A DNA stretch of 60,680 nucleotides from Rickettsiales bacterium (GTDB lineage Bacteria; Pseudomonadota; Alphaproteobacteria; Rickettsiales; UBA1997), in the NCBI GenBank assembly GCA_965661355.1, contig CBFIDI010000002.1, positions 1 through 60,680 of the forward strand, read 5' to 3'. The notes beneath the pieces are model-generated. The model did no database searches, was not told the DNA's origin, and saw only the letters and a list, made by a program, of their open reading frames with translations. Position numbers and translations under genes: made by a program. The stretch's first letter is position 1. Each line of letters opens with the position of its first letter. Of this stretch, positions 59,183 to 60,680 are shown one piece after another.

Positions 59183-60577
59183 ATGACAAATTCATCAAAT
59201 ACTATGTGGGGCGGAAGATTTAAAAGCAGTCCTAGTCAAGCTATGGAAGAAATAAATGAATCTATTACCTTTGACAAAATTCTTTATAAGCAAGATATAA
59301 TGGGCTCTGTGGCGCATGCTAAAATGCTTGAAAAGAACAAAATTATTGATGAGAAAGATTCTAAAAAAATAATTGAAGGCTTAAAAAAAATTGAAAAAGA
59401 AATTTCTGACAATAATTTTACCTTCAAAACTTCACTTGAAGATATTCATATGAATATAGAATCTCGACTAAAAGAAATTATAGGAGACATAGCCGGAAAG
59501 CTTCACACTGCACGCTCTAGAAATGATCAAATTGCTACTGATTTTAAAATTTTTGTTAGACAAGAAGGTCAAAAAAATATTCAATTATTAATAGAGCTTT
59601 GTAAATCTTTAATAAGTCAAAGCAGCAAGAATATTGACGCAATAATGCCTGGTTATACTCACTTACAAACAGCGCAACCAGTTTTATTTGCGCACCATTT
59701 AATGGCTTATTTTCAGATGTTTAAACGCGATATTTCACGCCTTATTGACTTAAATAAAAGAATGAATGAATGCCCCCTTGGGTCTTGCGCTTTGGGTGGA
59801 ACATCTTTTAAAATTGACAGACATTTTACGGCCAAAGAATTAGGATTTGAAAAGCCGACAGAAAACTCAATGGATAGCGTTTCTGATCGCGACTTTGCTC
59901 TTGAATATTTATTTTGTTTATCAACAATTTCAGTTCATCTTTCAAGGCTTGGCGAAGAGATTGTAATTTGGATGTCAAAGGGCTTTGACTTCATAAATCT
60001 TTCCGACGCCTTTACTTCTGGCAGCTCTATAATGCCACAAAAGAAAAACCCCGATGCCGCAGAATTAATTCGTGGCAAGTCCGGAAGAATTTTTGGCTCG
60101 TTATTTACTCTTTTAAGCGTTTTAAAAGGATTGCCCCTAACTTATTCAAAAGACATGCAAGAAGACAAAGAGCCTGTTTTTGATGCTGCTAAAAATATTG
60201 AATTATGCCTCTTAGCAACAATTGGCATGATAGACGACATGAGTGTCAATAAAGATAAAATGCAAATTGCTGCTAAACAAGGGTTTTCTACTGCCACTGA
60301 CCTTGCTGATTGGTTGGTTAAGAACCTTAAAATACCTTTCAGGCAAGCTCATAATATTACTGGTAAATTAGTAAAAATAGCAGAAGAAAATAATTGCGAT
60401 TTATCAGATTTGTCACTTGAAAAAATGCAAGAAGTTGAAAGTAAAATTAATAAAAATATTTTTGATGTTCTATCAATAGAAAATTCTATCAATAGCAAGA
60501 CTAGCTATGGAAGCTCTTCTAAAATAAGCGTTAAGACCCAAATTATTAATGGTAAAAAATTTCTAAATGATATTTAA
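59183..60577 (+). CDS. argH: Argininosuccinate lyase
   Basis: MWGGRF N-terminus, TARSRNDQ and the GSSIMPQKKNPD signature loop. Length is 464 aa. Confidence 0.95.
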   Translation: MTNSSNTMWGGRFKSSPSQAMEEINESITFDKILYKQDIMGSVAHAKMLEKNKIIDEKDSKKIIEGLKKIEKEISDNNFTFKTSLEDIHMNIESRLKEIIGDIAGKLHTARSRNDQIATDFKIFVRQEGQKNIQLLIELCKSLISQSSKNIDAIMPGYTHLQTAQPVLFAHHLMAYFQMFKRDISRLIDLNKRMNECPLGSCALGGTSFKIDRHFTAKELGFEKPTENSMDSVSDRDFALEYLFCLSTISVHLSRLGEEIVIWMSKGFDFINLSDAFTSGSSIMPQKKNPDAAELIRGKSGRIFGSLFTLLSVLKGLPLTYSKDMQEDKEPVFDAAKNIELCLLATIGMIDDMSVNKDKMQIAAKQGFSTATDLADWLVKNLKIPFRQAHNITGKLVKIAEENNCDLSDLSLEKMQEVESKINKNIFDVLSIENSINSKTSYGSSSKISVKTQIINGKKFLNDI

Positions 60578-60593
60578 TTAATTTCTTAAATCT

Positions 60594-60629
60594 ATTTAAT
60601 AACAAGAACTAGTTATTAAATAACTTTTT
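60594..60629 (+). terminator. Weak AT-rich hairpin plus T-tract after argH
   Basis: ATTTAATAAC (60594-60603) pairs with GTTATTAAAT (60612-60621), followed by AACTTTTT. The stem is almost entirely A:T, so it is low in stability. Confidence 0.3.
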
Positions 60630-60680
60630 AAAGTTAAATTTTGAAAGGATTAATATAAATTTTATTTTAAAAATATTTTT

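Overview
This is an AT-rich bacterial chromosome segment, most likely alphaproteobacterial and possibly from an intracellular Holosporales- or Rickettsiales-like lineage. That placement is inferred from a class I lysyl-tRNA synthetase, a DUF1013 protein, an ankyrin-like repeat protein, low-complexity inserts in housekeeping enzymes and long ORF-free spacers. No rRNA genes, CRISPR array or intact transposase were seen. The window has three parts.

(1) About 1-12.3 kb is a decayed mobile/defence island. It holds a tightly coupled Fic + HNH gene pair, a tyrosine-recombinase C-terminal fragment, and an apparently intact type III restriction-modification operon with a DinD homologue translationally coupled between mod and res. 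It also holds an orphan SAM methyltransferase, a highly repetitive ankyrin-like protein and a second, P4-type integrase fragment with an in-frame stop.

(2) The housekeeping backbone comprises glmS, lptD, secD, yajC, tal, priA, trxA, thrS, rplY, two thiol peroxidases, birA, class I lysRS, mtaB, queH, an ABC-F ATPase, mutM, a SEDS protein, argH, tRNA-Ala(GGC) and tRNA-Gly(GCC).

(3) There are two accessory loci. One is a complete CMP-pseudaminic-acid pathway (pseB, pseC, formyltransferase, pseI, pseF, plus pseG and a DUF115/GT42-like transferase) in which a formyltransferase sits where the PseH acetyltransferase is expected. The other is a five-gene signalling locus: a LuxI/FeeM-like GNAT, a TonB-dependent receptor, a YfiR/DUF4154-like protein and an Hpt protein in one operon, divergent from a hybrid histidine kinase.

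The best candidates for an undescribed system are the Fic-HNH cassette next to the mod-dinD-res operon and the GNAT/TBDR/YfiR/Hpt/hybrid-kinase locus. All family assignments rest on motifs read by eye from the translations. No database search was run.
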